From a virus (taxonomy: Duplodnaviria; Caudoviricetes): DNA of 53,305 bases. A program made the position numbers and the translations under genes. The notes below the pieces were generated by a model that saw nothing but the letters and a program-made list of their open reading frames with translations, did not search any database and was not told where the DNA came from. Below, piece after piece: positions 1 through 9,812 of the stretch (positions within the stretch are counted from its first letter, which is position 1; the number at the start of each line of letters is the position of its first letter). The stretch lies in IMG/VR virus record IMGVR_UViG_3300001199_000286, positions 1 through 53,305 of that record. One strand, 5' to 3'.

Positions 1-356
1 TTTTCAATATTGCTTGCATTTACAACAAGCATGTACACTTTATTTTCTTCAATACAATAAACCAGCAGGTCGTCAACAATACCCCCATCTTCATTAGGCA
101 AACAGCTGTATTGTGCTTTACCTGCAGTTAATTTGGATGCATCGTTGCTGGTAACTCTTTGTATAAGATCCAATGCATTTTCGCCTTTCAAAATAAACTC
201 ACCCATATGGCTTACATCAAATACGCCGGCATTATTGCGTACTGCAGCATGTTCATCATTTATACCGGAATAGCTAATGGGCATATTGTATCCTGCAAAT
301 TCTGCCATCTTAGCCCCCAGGTCAATATGTTTTTGTGTGAAGGGTGTATTTTTCAT
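1..356 (-). CDS. gcvT: Glycine cleavage system aminomethyltransferase T, 5' part (runs off window start)
   Basis: Not in ORF track. Manual minus-strand translation from ATG at 356: [54 protein letters not shown], the GcvT N-terminus with FDVSHMG motif. Confidence 0.95.
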   Translation of the reverse strand, partial: MKNTPFTQKHIDLGAKMAEFAGYNMPISYSGINDEHAAVRNNAGVFDVSHMGEFILKGENALDLIQRVTSNDASKLTAGKAQYSCLPNEDGGIVDDLLVYCIEENKVYMLVVNASNIE

Positions 357-451
357 TAATGCAATTTTGTTGTAAATGATTTTTAAGATGCAAATGTAAA
401 TTAAAAAGCTGTTATTAGGGGTCTGACGGTTTGAAGCCGTGCTGACCGCTA

Positions 452-481
452 CAAAAAAAGTCCCCCGAAAAAGCGGGGGAC
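452..481 (-). terminator. Intrinsic terminator
   Basis: GTCCCCCG/CGGGGGAC 8-bp stem (460-467/474-481) followed on minus strand by a T-run; downstream of 521..922. Confidence 0.85.
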
Positions 482-520
482 GTTGTTGGTTTCAACTTCA
501 ACTCAACTATTGAAACGATC

Positions 521-922
521 TTAATTATCATCCAGTATTTCCTTCAGGTCTTCGCAAACAACTCTTATCTTTTCATATGACGCTTCCGGGTTTTGGGTTT
601 TATCAATTTTAATATGCAGGCGCCCCGGGTAAGCACTTAAACTGAATTTGGTTTCATCATCCAAAATAATCTCCTCATCATCTGAATTTGTAAACGCAAC
701 ACTCCTGTTTAATAGATGATCATTTAGATAAACCTTTACTGCATGTGTTTTTCTTTTATTGTATGAAGCATCCATTTCATACTCATCCTCGTCATCTGAT
801 ATGGTTATACAAACATCATTTCCATGATGAAAGCAGGAGGACAGGCAGGCGGTTAACAGGAAACCCAATACCAGCAGGATAAAAAGTTTTCTCATTTTTA
901 TTTGTTTGATGATCCTAGTCAA
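521..922 (-). CDS. Putative lipoprotein (bacterial segment)
   Basis: MRKLFILLVLGFLLTAC lipobox-like signal; true start probably the MRK Met. Confidence 0.65.
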   Translation of the reverse strand: MTRIIKQIKMRKLFILLVLGFLLTACLSSCFHHGNDVCITISDDEDEYEMDASYNKRKTHAVKVYLNDHLLNRSVAFTNSDDEEIILDDETKFSLSAYPGRLHIKIDKTQNPEASYEKIRVVCEDLKEILDDN

Positions 923-1375
923 TGTTTACTACGGGGTTGTGTGCCGGTAATTGTGAACTTAATGGCGCTTCCTCTGTATTATTGCTTATCTTCTGCAGCT
1001 GCTGTTCAATCTTCTGCTTTGCTTTTTCCAATGAATCCTTAACTCTTTGCTTTTCCTTCTCTACTTTCATTTGCATAGAATCAATTTTGTTCATAGGCTC
1101 ATCCTTGTTATACCTGTAGTTGTCATTGCTATTGTTATCATTTGTTATTATCTCTTCGCCATTACTGTTTATATCTATCCTTGTTGAACGTGACCGGCTT
1201 GCAGGGTTGCCTTTAAGATCATATAATTTTCCATCTTCTTTCATAATGTATTCAACACCTGTTCTCCAGTCTTGTCCTTCTTCTTCTGAATCATAAGACC
1301 AGTGATCATAATCATCCCTGCCAAAATGAATATTATTGAACCAGCCCATGCTCTTATCTACTTTTATTCTTTTTA
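915..1375 (-). CDS. C-terminal part of a Bacteroidota protein (probably PspC-domain family), cut at the junction
   Basis: KRIKVDKSMGWFNNIHFG...VEYIMKEDG...YRY plus coiled-coil tail resembles Chitinophagaceae PspC-domain protein C-termini (from memory); the first ~63 aa of ORF 915..1562 do not fit. Confidence 0.5.
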
Positions 1376-1562
1376 CAATATGCTTTTCTTTTCCAAAATA
1401 GACAATATCGCCAATTTTAAATACAGAACAAAATAGGCCAACCAATTTTGCATGAACAGTTGTTTTACAGGCAATTTGGACTTCTGCCTCAATTAGCTCA
1501 CCTGAGGCTATTGATGGATAGTCATCTAATCCTAAAACAAGGGTTCCGAATATATTTGCCAT
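1376..1562 (-). CDS. N-terminus of a phage hypothetical protein fused in frame across the junction
   Basis: MANIFGTLVLG...KEKHIV is divergent from the fibre gene with a ~35-bp AT-rich spacer, like other phage divergent pairs here. Confidence 0.4.
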
Positions 1563-1596
1563 GTTATATTTATGGGCAATAATGCTAAATATAATT

Positions 1597-4500
1597 ATGA
1601 ATAATACTTTGTCTTATTTGACTGCCAGAGCAGCACAAGTACCAGAAAATGAAGATGCCAGAATAACCAGACTTGCCGCTACAGGTGGAGATAGATTTGG
1701 CGTTATTTTTAATGACAATGAATCCCAAGAACTAATTTGGACCATCCCTCAAATCCCAACAGCCTATCAAGGAACTGGCACATTATATTTAGACATCCAT
1801 TGTGCAATGGACGAAGCCACTTCTGGGACTGTAGGACTTAATGCTTATTTAGAAGCTGGTGATGTTAATATATCTTCAACTTCTTTTGATTCGGTCAACA
1901 CCAATGGGGATACGGTTGCGGGAACTGCTGGGGATATGTTTGTCATCACAATTACGTTAACGAACAAAGATTTCATGGCGGCAGGAGATACCGTTCGTAT
2001 TAAATTAAATCGAAATTTAACGTCTTATACAGCTACTGGTGATTTATATGTTTTGGGTGGTTTATTATATGAAACCGTCACTTCTGTTACTTTAGGTGGA
2101 GCTTTGGTAGTCACTAGCCTTACATCTAGTGTAAGTACGGGAACAGCCCCTTTCACGGTAAGCTCAACCACTGTTGTCTCTAATTTAAATGTCGATAAAC
2201 TTGATGGTTATGATGCAACTGATTTCGTTCTATCTGGTGATGAAGATACAAATGCTGTTATTTTGGTTCCAACTTCTAGTTCAAGAAACATTATTCAACC
2301 AAGTGCTGCTGGATATATTCCCTTAACAATTAAGGGATATACTTCACAAACAGCAAATTTAACTGAATGGCAAGACAGTAGTGGAACAGCTTTATCCTCT
2401 GTCTCAGCAGCAGGACTTATTAGTGGATTATCTTTTACTAGCACACAAACTACAGGAACCGCTCCTTTGGTTGTAGCATCTACAACCGTGGTAACAAATT
2501 TAAATGCTGATACTGTTGATGGATTAGATGCTACTGCATTTCCTATATTACTTCCAACTTCTAGTTCAAGAAACGTTATTCAACCAAGTGCTGCTGGATA
2601 TATTCCCTTAACAATTAAGGGATATACGTCCCAAACAGCAAATTTAACTGAGTGGCAAGACAGCAATGCCTATAAGCAACTTGCCATTTCAAGTGCTGGT
2701 TTCTTGAGTTTCTACGAAAATTCAGGAACCAACAGAATTGGTCAATTTGTTCCAAATAGTAGCGATGGACAACTAGCTTATGTAATTGAAAATGCTAGCT
2801 ATCCAGGTTTTGCAATTAAAGGAACAACAAGCCAAACTGGAAATCTTCAAGAATGGCAAGATAGCAGTGAAACGGTATTATCATCAGTTTCATCTAGTGG
2901 CATTATTTCAGCCCCCAGATTTATATCAACAACAAGCACAGGAACAGCCCCATTTACTATAAGTTCAACTACTGTTGTAACCAATTTAAATGCAGACACT
3001 GTTGATGGGTTAGAGGCTACTGCCTTTCCTATTTTAGCTCCTGCTTCTAGTGTTAGAAACGTAATTCAACCAACGGCAGCAACTTATATTCCTTTAACAA
3101 TTAAGGGGTATACTTCACAATCAGCAAACTTAACTGAGTGGCAAAACTCTAGTGGAACTGTTGTAACAAGCGTAAATTCTGCTGGTAGTTTACATATACT
3201 TCCAGCAGCTTCAACCAGTGTAGGAACACCTGCGTTCAAAATTGCCGAAACAGGCGTAAGTTCTTTAATCAGATATTATGGCGGTTTATTTGAATTTAAT
3301 GGAGCAACTGCTTATTTTGCTGATGCTGGCGGGCTTAATAGAATACAAATTAGCTCTTCTATAAGCGGAATGAAACTAGACGTAAATCACAAAATTTTCT
3401 TTGGGAACACTTATCTTTCGGAAGACTTCAATATTGCTCTAACAAAAGGCAATCATGGACTTTTTTCTATTACCGATTATGCTTCAAAAAAAGGTGCTAT
3501 TGTTTGTGGATCATTTGGCGGAAGCACACCCGCTCAAACAATTGTCGGAGCAGCGAATACAAATAAATTAATCACTAACGTAGCACTTACATCAAATGTC
3601 GCAACAATTACAACATCGGGTCCACATACGTTCCAAACAGGCCAAAAGGTTGTTATCAGCAGCCTTACAAATAGTGGATTAAATGGCACTTATATAATTA
3701 CCAATATTCCATCCACAACTACTTTTAAATATGATAAAGTAGCAAGCAATATTACTTCTGTTGCCGATAGTGGATATGCAACTCAAACCCAAACTGCTGA
3801 TTTAACACAGTGGAAGAGTGGTGGAAGTGGGGCAAAATTTGTGGCCGCAAGTTCTCAATCGCTCTCTTATGACACGACTTCACTTAATGCTGATGCAGAT
3901 ATGACAATCAGCATGTGGATCAATCCAATAGCAGCCACTACAGGCGACTTATTCTTTGTTGGAACAACAAACGTATTTGATGGATTTAGAGTTTACTATG
4001 ATTCTACTAATAATAGAATTAATGTCAATCGAACTACCACCACAAACTATGCCGTTTCAGCAACATCAAGCATCCCATCTGGATGTTGGACTCACGTTGT
4101 TGTTACCTACATTGCGTCTTCTGGTCTTACTCAAGTCTACATCAATGGAGTTGCTTCTGGAACCTCTGGAAGTAATGTTGTCAGTGTAGGAACCAAAGGA
4201 TACAAACTAGGATATTCGGGTTCTGCTTATTATAGCGGAGGCATGGATGCTGTTGGAATTTGGAATAAAGCCCTAACAACTTCCGATATTACTTCATTAT
4301 TTTCTTTGTGTAAAAGCTATGCGGATTTAAATTCATCTGAAACCACTTCGTTGCACGCATGGTATGACTTTGCAACAAGCGGAACTATTCTGACCGATTC
4401 GAGCGGGAACAACAGAACATTGACCAACACTGGGGTCGTTACTGCTGACGAAGGCATTCCAATCACAACAACTAAAATAAGTTCATCAGGTAGATTAGTT

Positions 4501-6714
4501 ATAGGGGCCGCAACTAACGGAGCGACTATTGATGTGACAGGAACAGATGGAACAAGATTCTTAAACATTGCCGATGGATATGGAACGGTTTACATTCAAT
4601 ATGGTCAAGTTGTAGCAAACAGCTTTTATGGCGGAGGAACAAGCCTTTTTGGTTCTGCATCCATTGGGGCCAATGCAGACATTACTTTAACTCGTTCTTC
4701 TGCAGGTGTATTACAGATTAAAGATGCTTCTACAGGCAATGGCTCTTTAATTTGTGGAGCTTATAGTGCATCTACGGTTGGACTTACGGTTAAAGGATAT
4801 ACAAGCCAAACTGCCAAAATTCAAGAATGGCAAGATAGTTCTTCCACAGTCAAAGCAGCCGTTACAAAAGATGGGTTTATTAATATAGGAGGAACAATAG
4901 TTGGGACACACGTTCTTCTAAAATGTACAACAGGGGCACAATTTGAAGTGCGTCATGCCGATGATTCAAATCCTTGCAATGTGTTTTTAGGTGGTGGGAT
5001 ATTTATTAACACCACAAGTACAGGCTTGCAATTAGGCTCAACATGGCAATTGCATTTTTGTTCAGGAGCAAACCCAACATCAACAGGACAAGATTCTGGA
5101 ATTGGGAGAAGTGCTGCTGGTATTCTAAAAATCACAAATGGATCTAGCGGGTATGGAAGCCTAATTGTAGGAGCTTACTCTGCAGCAACGGTGGGTTTGA
5201 CGGTTGCAGGATACACAAGTCAATCTGCAAACCTACAAAATTGGACAGATAGCTCATCTACTGTATTAGCTAAAGTTACTTCTGGCGGTGCTGTTGCTAT
5301 TCATGGGACTAGCTCGTTGGATTACACCACTACAACGGCTGGTTTATATCTTGGCTATCAAGGCTCTGTAGCTCCAACAATTTTATTCGCAAACGGAACA
5401 GCTTCACAAAATATTCGTGTTGACATGGTGTCTGGTGCATTAAGAGGCACTATTGCTGGAACAGCATTGTTCAACATGGATGCTAACACTTGCTTGTTTA
5501 CAACAAGTTATCTGAAATCGACAAACAACGTGCAGGCACTTGGAAACTTGTCTGCTCAGAAAATAGCATCATCAACTTACAACGCATTGCAATCAACCGC
5601 TCAATTATATTTAGATGGGTTTAACGGAACTGGTTACGGCGGAACTGCTACTGCTGATGGTTATGGTATTTGGGATGCGGTCAGAATGACCGATAATGGA
5701 GGTACAGTTAGAACGGCACACTCCAATGAATATTATGTTGCAACTGCTGCTGCTGCATCTTGGAAAGCTAAAGTTGTTAAAAAGGTAGGAGATGTATCTA
5801 GCCAAAGAGAATATCTAAGAGCAGAAAGTGATGGCACCTATGGCTTAACATCCATCGGTGGTGCTTCTATTATTACATCATCAACATTGTCTGTTATTTC
5901 TCCTACTGCAACTTATGTTGGGTTGACGGTTAAAGGTGCATCGTCTCAATCTGCTAACTTACAAGAATGGCAAAATAGTTCAGGAACCATTTTGACAAAA
6001 ATAAATTCTGCTGGTGATATTATTTGGGGAAATAGAACGGGTTTTATAGGTGGTGCAACTTGGGGATTAACTTTTAGTTATAGCAGTGGTTATTTACAGG
6101 GTTATTTTAATTTTGGAAAATACAAATTTTCCAATATTTTCACTGTTTCTCAAGCAATGAATTGGTCTAGTGATGCTTTTAATGTAGCTGCTGATGTTGG
6201 AGTTGAAAGAAGTGCTGCAGGTATTTTAAAGTTTACCGATGCTTCTACAGGCAATGGCTCTTTAATTTGTGGTGCATATAGTGCGGCAACCGTTGGACTA
6301 ACAGTAAAGGGAGCAACTTCTCAATCTGCCAATCTAACTGAATGGCAAAATAGTTCTGCTACTGTTTTGGCAAAAGTAAATAAAAATGGCGTAATTACAG
6401 GAGCAACAAGACAAACATTTACTTCAAGTTCAAATGCTTGCACTTATAATTATGACGTAAGCAGAAGCCAAAGCATTGTATTAACAGAATCTACAACTTT
6501 AACAATCAGTAATCCAGTTGACGGAATTCCTGGGGTTTTGTTTATAGAACAAGGAGGAAGTGGAAGCTATACAGTTACATGGCCTGCAAATGTTTTGTGG
6601 TCTGGTGGAACATCCCCCACATTAACTACCACAGTTGGAAAAATAGACATGATTACATTTGTTTACCATACTACAAACGATAAATATTACGCAACAGCAG
6701 CTTTGAATTTTTAA
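1597..6714 (+). CDS. Large virion fibre/spike-like protein with internal repeats and a LamG/ConA-like lectin domain
   Basis: Ser/Thr/Gly-rich; 8 intact copies of LT(I/V)KGxTSQ(T/S)ANLxEWQ(D/N)SS-type motif; NLNADxxDG motifs; LamG signature (TISMWINP...WTHVVVTY...YINGV...GGMDAVGIWNKALT); C-terminal EQGGSGSYTVTWPANVLWSGG...GKIDMITF typical of fibre tips. Start moved to ATG 1597. Confidence 0.8.
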   Translation: MNNTLSYLTARAAQVPENEDARITRLAATGGDRFGVIFNDNESQELIWTIPQIPTAYQGTGTLYLDIHCAMDEATSGTVGLNAYLEAGDVNISSTSFDSVNTNGDTVAGTAGDMFVITITLTNKDFMAAGDTVRIKLNRNLTSYTATGDLYVLGGLLYETVTSVTLGGALVVTSLTSSVSTGTAPFTVSSTTVVSNLNVDKLDGYDATDFVLSGDEDTNAVILVPTSSSRNIIQPSAAGYIPLTIKGYTSQTANLTEWQDSSGTALSSVSAAGLISGLSFTSTQTTGTAPLVVASTTVVTNLNADTVDGLDATAFPILLPTSSSRNVIQPSAAGYIPLTIKGYTSQTANLTEWQDSNAYKQLAISSAGFLSFYENSGTNRIGQFVPNSSDGQLAYVIENASYPGFAIKGTTSQTGNLQEWQDSSETVLSSVSSSGIISAPRFISTTSTGTAPFTISSTTVVTNLNADTVDGLEATAFPILAPASSVRNVIQPTAATYIPLTIKGYTSQSANLTEWQNSSGTVVTSVNSAGSLHILPAASTSVGTPAFKIAETGVSSLIRYYGGLFEFNGATAYFADAGGLNRIQISSSISGMKLDVNHKIFFGNTYLSEDFNIALTKGNHGLFSITDYASKKGAIVCGSFGGSTPAQTIVGAANTNKLITNVALTSNVATITTSGPHTFQTGQKVVISSLTNSGLNGTYIITNIPSTTTFKYDKVASNITSVADSGYATQTQTADLTQWKSGGSGAKFVAASSQSLSYDTTSLNADADMTISMWINPIAATTGDLFFVGTTNVFDGFRVYYDSTNNRINVNRTTTTNYAVSATSSIPSGCWTHVVVTYIASSGLTQVYINGVASGTSGSNVVSVGTKGYKLGYSGSAYYSGGMDAVGIWNKALTTSDITSLFSLCKSYADLNSSETTSLHAWYDFATSGTILTDSSGNNRTLTNTGVVTADEGIPITTTKISSSGRLVIGAATNGATIDVTGTDGTRFLNIADGYGTVYIQYGQVVANSFYGGGTSLFGSASIGANADITLTRSSAGVLQIKDASTGNGSLICGAYSASTVGLTVKGYTSQTAKIQEWQDSSSTVKAAVTKDGFINIGGTIVGTHVLLKCTTGAQFEVRHADDSNPCNVFLGGGIFINTTSTGLQLGSTWQLHFCSGANPTSTGQDSGIGRSAAGILKITNGSSGYGSLIVGAYSAATVGLTVAGYTSQSANLQNWTDSSSTVLAKVTSGGAVAIHGTSSLDYTTTTAGLYLGYQGSVAPTILFANGTASQNIRVDMVSGALRGTIAGTALFNMDANTCLFTTSYLKSTNNVQALGNLSAQKIASSTYNALQSTAQLYLDGFNGTGYGGTATADGYGIWDAVRMTDNGGTVRTAHSNEYYVATAAAASWKAKVVKKVGDVSSQREYLRAESDGTYGLTSIGGASIITSSTLSVISPTATYVGLTVKGASSQSANLQEWQNSSGTILTKINSAGDIIWGNRTGFIGGATWGLTFSYSSGYLQGYFNFGKYKFSNIFTVSQAMNWSSDAFNVAADVGVERSAAGILKFTDASTGNGSLICGAYSAATVGLTVKGATSQSANLTEWQNSSATVLAKVNKNGVITGATRQTFTSSSNACTYNYDVSRSQSIVLTESTTLTISNPVDGIPGVLFIEQGGSGSYTVTWPANVLWSGGTSPTLTTTVGKIDMITFVYHTTNDKYYATAALNF
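2267..2663 (+). repeat. 112-bp near-identical direct repeat inside the fibre gene (2267-2378 / 2552-2663)
   Basis: 4 mismatches in 112 bp, in-frame offset 285 bp. A second exact 35-bp repeat lies at 4723-4757 / 6238-6272. Confidence 0.9.
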
Positions 6715-6729
6715 AATAAGGAATATAAT

Positions 6730-6994
6730 ATGGCAGCAGGTGACACAAAAATTGCATACGGATCTTCTAGTAATTTAACAATTACGTTAGATTCTTTAGC
6801 TTCAGATACTAATTTCTTGGCTGGTAGAGAATCTACAGAAATTGACAACGAATATGTTGATTATCTTTTATCTGGCAAAGTTACTACAGGAACTAGCCCA
6901 ACAACCCATGCTCAATATTCAAAATTCTTTTGATGCATATGTTGCAGAAGAAAATGGGTTTATGGCTGGTATGTTATCAGCAGTTAGCTATTAA
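6730..6994 (+). pseudogene. Truncated or deletion-scarred structural-region gene
   Basis: 67-aa ORF stops at 6933 shortly after GTSPT; a +1 frame (6908-6994, MLNIQNSFDAYVAEENGFMAGMLSAVSY) fills the remaining space. Confidence 0.4.
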
Positions 6995-7038
6995 TTTATG
7001 TTAAACAACTATATAAATTATAACAAAAGGAATAAAAT

Positions 7039-7314
7039 ATGGCAAGAATAATATTTGAAATGGAAGATCATGTTAGAGATGAATTGGTTACAGCTATTTG
7101 TGCTATTCGCGGATATCAAACCAAGGTTATTGTTGATGGAGAAGAAGTTGACAACCCAGTAACCCCTGGAGAATTTGCCAAACAAGAATTTATAAATCAT
7201 GGCAAAAATTTAATGGCTCAAAAAAAATATGAAGATTCTAGAAAAGCTGCCGAGTTAGCGACTAAAACAGCCATAGAATCTCAAGTTATTGATGTGACTG
7301 TAACTGTTGAGTAA
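7039..7314 (+). CDS. Hypothetical protein (fibre-associated position)
   Basis: AAGGA RBS; ACTATATA motif at 7008-7015. Confidence 0.7.
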   Translation: MARIIFEMEDHVRDELVTAICAIRGYQTKVIVDGEEVDNPVTPGEFAKQEFINHGKNLMAQKKYEDSRKAAELATKTAIESQVIDVTVTVE

Positions 7315-8695
7315 TCTTATCAGTAGTTGATTTACCATCATACAATTTACAAGACATTGTTGGCACTATCCCATAGCCAACAATGTCTTCTCTTTTGTAC
7401 TCGCCGCCTTTAACAACCAAATTCGGAGCAATGCTTTGAATTAACTCTAAAGGCGTCTGTTCATCAAAACTAACCACAAAATCTACACTCTCTAATCCAG
7501 CCACAACCTTCATTCTTTCCTCTAAAGACATTACTGGCCTATCTTCACCTTTAAGTTTTCTTACAGATTCATCACTATTGATAGCAACCACCAATTTGTC
7601 TCCCAAAGACTTAGCTTCCTGTAAAAACTCCACATGTGCCGAAGTTAATCCAAAATCAAAACAACCGTTAGTCATAACCAATTTATAATCTCTTTCTTTA
7701 GGTGGCATCATAAATTTAGACTTAATTGGGTCTTTTAGTCTCAACAACTCTTCTTCTGTAATGGGTGTATTATATTTCTTGGAAACATAAATAGACCCAG
7801 CATAAAAAGCTATTTTTACAGAATCCAACAAAGAAAAATTATGCACCAAAGCTAATCCTAAGATGCTGGTAAAGGCGTCCCCTGCACCAATTACACTCAC
7901 TACATTGTTTTTAACATCGGCCTTAAATTCAAAATATTCAATTTGGTCATCTATTAAATAGCTTCCTACAACCCCTTCACCCTCTCTGGTTATCACCACA
8001 GACTGACAATTTATTGTGTTGTGGAAATATTTACATTGACTTTTCCAATCTTTTTTGCCACTTAATTTATTGGCTTCTTCTTGATTTGGTTTGAATACCG
8101 TACAACCCTTCCATTTTAATATATTTTCGCCTTTAGGATCAACAATGGTTGGAATCAAGTTTTGTTGAGTAAGTAGATTAAAATTATCACAATTAAATAA
8201 ACCTTTATCATAATCGGACAAGATTAATAAATCACAATTGGGTATTAAAGATCCTGGCAAACAACATTTTTCAATTAATGTGTTGATGTTTGATTGTGTA
8301 TATTTTTCAACATTTTCAACATCCCATCTAAATACAGGAAAACCACCATCGTAAAATCTTTTTTTAATCGGAATACAAGAATCAACCTTGATGCTTCTAC
8401 TTAGATCAACTCCATCACTCCAAAATATAGCCTCTGCAGGTTCATCATAAAAACAAGATAAATAGACGGCAACATTGAAATTTTTCAATTGAAATGCTGT
8501 ATTTGCAGCACCACCAGGAAAAACTGCAGATGGAAGTGTATCTTTAGATAAAAAACAAACAATTGGAAATTCTGACGAGATCTTATTGACTTCAATAGAA
8601 AAATACTGGTCAATCATGGCATCACCCATAACACCAATGGTCTTTCTTGTGGCCCTTACCTTCTCTATAAACCTAGAAATTAAATCAGCTTGCAT
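7286..8695 (-). CDS. hldE: Bifunctional heptose-7-phosphate kinase / heptose-1-phosphate adenylyltransferase (HldE/RfaE-like)
   Basis: GDAMIDQY, GGAAN, LSDYDKG, VDPKG, KPN, GAGD (PfkB kinase) followed by TNGCFD, NSDESVRKLKGEDRP, KGGEY, STT (cytidylyltransferase-like). Confidence 0.92.
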   Translation of the reverse strand: MQADLISRFIEKVRATRKTIGVMGDAMIDQYFSIEVNKISSEFPIVCFLSKDTLPSAVFPGGAANTAFQLKNFNVAVYLSCFYDEPAEAIFWSDGVDLSRSIKVDSCIPIKKRFYDGGFPVFRWDVENVEKYTQSNINTLIEKCCLPGSLIPNCDLLILSDYDKGLFNCDNFNLLTQQNLIPTIVDPKGENILKWKGCTVFKPNQEEANKLSGKKDWKSQCKYFHNTINCQSVVITREGEGVVGSYLIDDQIEYFEFKADVKNNVVSVIGAGDAFTSILGLALVHNFSLLDSVKIAFYAGSIYVSKKYNTPITEEELLRLKDPIKSKFMMPPKERDYKLVMTNGCFDFGLTSAHVEFLQEAKSLGDKLVVAINSDESVRKLKGEDRPVMSLEERMKVVAGLESVDFVVSFDEQTPLELIQSIAPNLVVKGGEYKREDIVGYGIVPTMSCKLYDGKSTTDKITQQLQSHQ

Positions 8696-9608
8696 TTTTA
8701 ATCATGTTTTCAAAATATAACGAATCTTTAGGCTCTGGTAGACTAAAGTCAACCACTTCTGGCTCTTCTAATTTATCCCAAAACTCCACCAATTCTCTGT
8801 CAGACATTCCTATTTCTTTGTGATGTTTGCTTTCGCTATAATGTTGCTTAACCATTTTAGCATCAAAATCATAGTCGCTGCTTCCATAACGGTACATAAG
8901 ATATTGCAAAAACTTCTTATCTAAACGAGTCCAATTAGAAGCATAAAAAGAATAATCTTCCCAAGCTTCAAAAGCCAATGGACAACATTGTTTAACAATC
9001 CCAGCTAAAGTGTTGGCATATTGTCGAATTTCATATTGAGCATGGGAATCACAACGCAATCGTAAAAAATGCAATAAATTATGTAAATCAATCTTCCAAT
9101 AAAAATAAGTATAAGTATTTAAAGGAAGATGCATTCTAGCTATCTCACGAGCAACACCAGCTTTAATCATCTCGTCATAAAGCTCAAAAGCCTCTTTTTC
9201 ATTATCATTAATTCTTTTTTTAAAATCTTCTGAAGAATCTAATACAGAATCATTTCTGCCTTGCTTGTTATTTTTGGACTGCAAATTAAGACTATATTCA
9301 TCATAATATATTTCTGGAACAACACTATACCTAGCCGAATACTCGTTAGTTGTGGCCATTCGATGACGAATAAATTGTCTGTGGCAGTGCGTGGGCATTG
9401 CTATATGAAACTTAAATACCATCATTTCTATGGGGGTCGTGTGTTTTTGACGTAACAAATAACGAATCAAACCACGATCATCTGAAACAGTTTTTGTCCC
9501 TGCTCCGTAGGAAACTCTGGCAGCTTGTACAATAGAACTGTCGTCTCCCATTTTATCCACTAGGGAAACAAAACCATTGTCTAAAACAGGATAATACTGA
9601 TTCAGCAT
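8685..9608 (-). CDS. thyX: Flavin-dependent thymidylate synthase
   Basis: AARVSY, HTTPIE, RHR-x7-SARY ThyX motif, REIAR, HAQYEIR. Confidence 0.97.
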   Translation of the reverse strand: MLNQYYPVLDNGFVSLVDKMGDDSSIVQAARVSYGAGTKTVSDDRGLIRYLLRQKHTTPIEMMVFKFHIAMPTHCHRQFIRHRMATTNEYSARYSVVPEIYYDEYSLNLQSKNNKQGRNDSVLDSSEDFKKRINDNEKEAFELYDEMIKAGVAREIARMHLPLNTYTYFYWKIDLHNLLHFLRLRCDSHAQYEIRQYANTLAGIVKQCCPLAFEAWEDYSFYASNWTRLDKKFLQYLMYRYGSSDYDFDAKMVKQHYSESKHHKEIGMSDRELVEFWDKLEEPEVVDFSLPEPKDSLYFENMIKNAS

Positions 9609-9680
9609 CTTTAATCTTTCTAAGTGTGTATCAACATCTTGGAATTAAAATTCCATTAGCCTATATTATAACAATTAAAA

Positions 9681-9812
9681 TTAGCTGTTTTTATGCTTTT
9701 TTTTCTTTTTTGGAAATTTTCTGACAATTGGACCAGAAAAAACCATCATTGGTACATTTGCCACACAATTAGTGCTAGTTGCGGTTTCTTTTAAGAACTG
9801 TTTGAATGTCAT
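9681..9812 (-). CDS. Small basic protein with capsid-targeting-like N-terminus
   Basis: MTFKQFLKETATST...; ATG at 9812 overlaps stop of 9809..10240 (ATGA). Confidence 0.6.
   Translation of the reverse strand: MTFKQFLKETATSTNCVANVPMMVFSGPIVRKFPKKKKKHKNS

Noticed and set aside
159-359. 66-aa plus-strand ORF
   Set aside because: Antisense shadow of gcvT.
1300-1600. Prophage att site
   Set aside because: No integrase or core repeat; gene content is that of a lytic T4-like phage.
2267-2663. Near-identical repeat pair as DGR template/variable repeat
   Set aside because: Both copies are in frame in one gene, one mismatch is not at adenine, and no reverse transcriptase is in the window.
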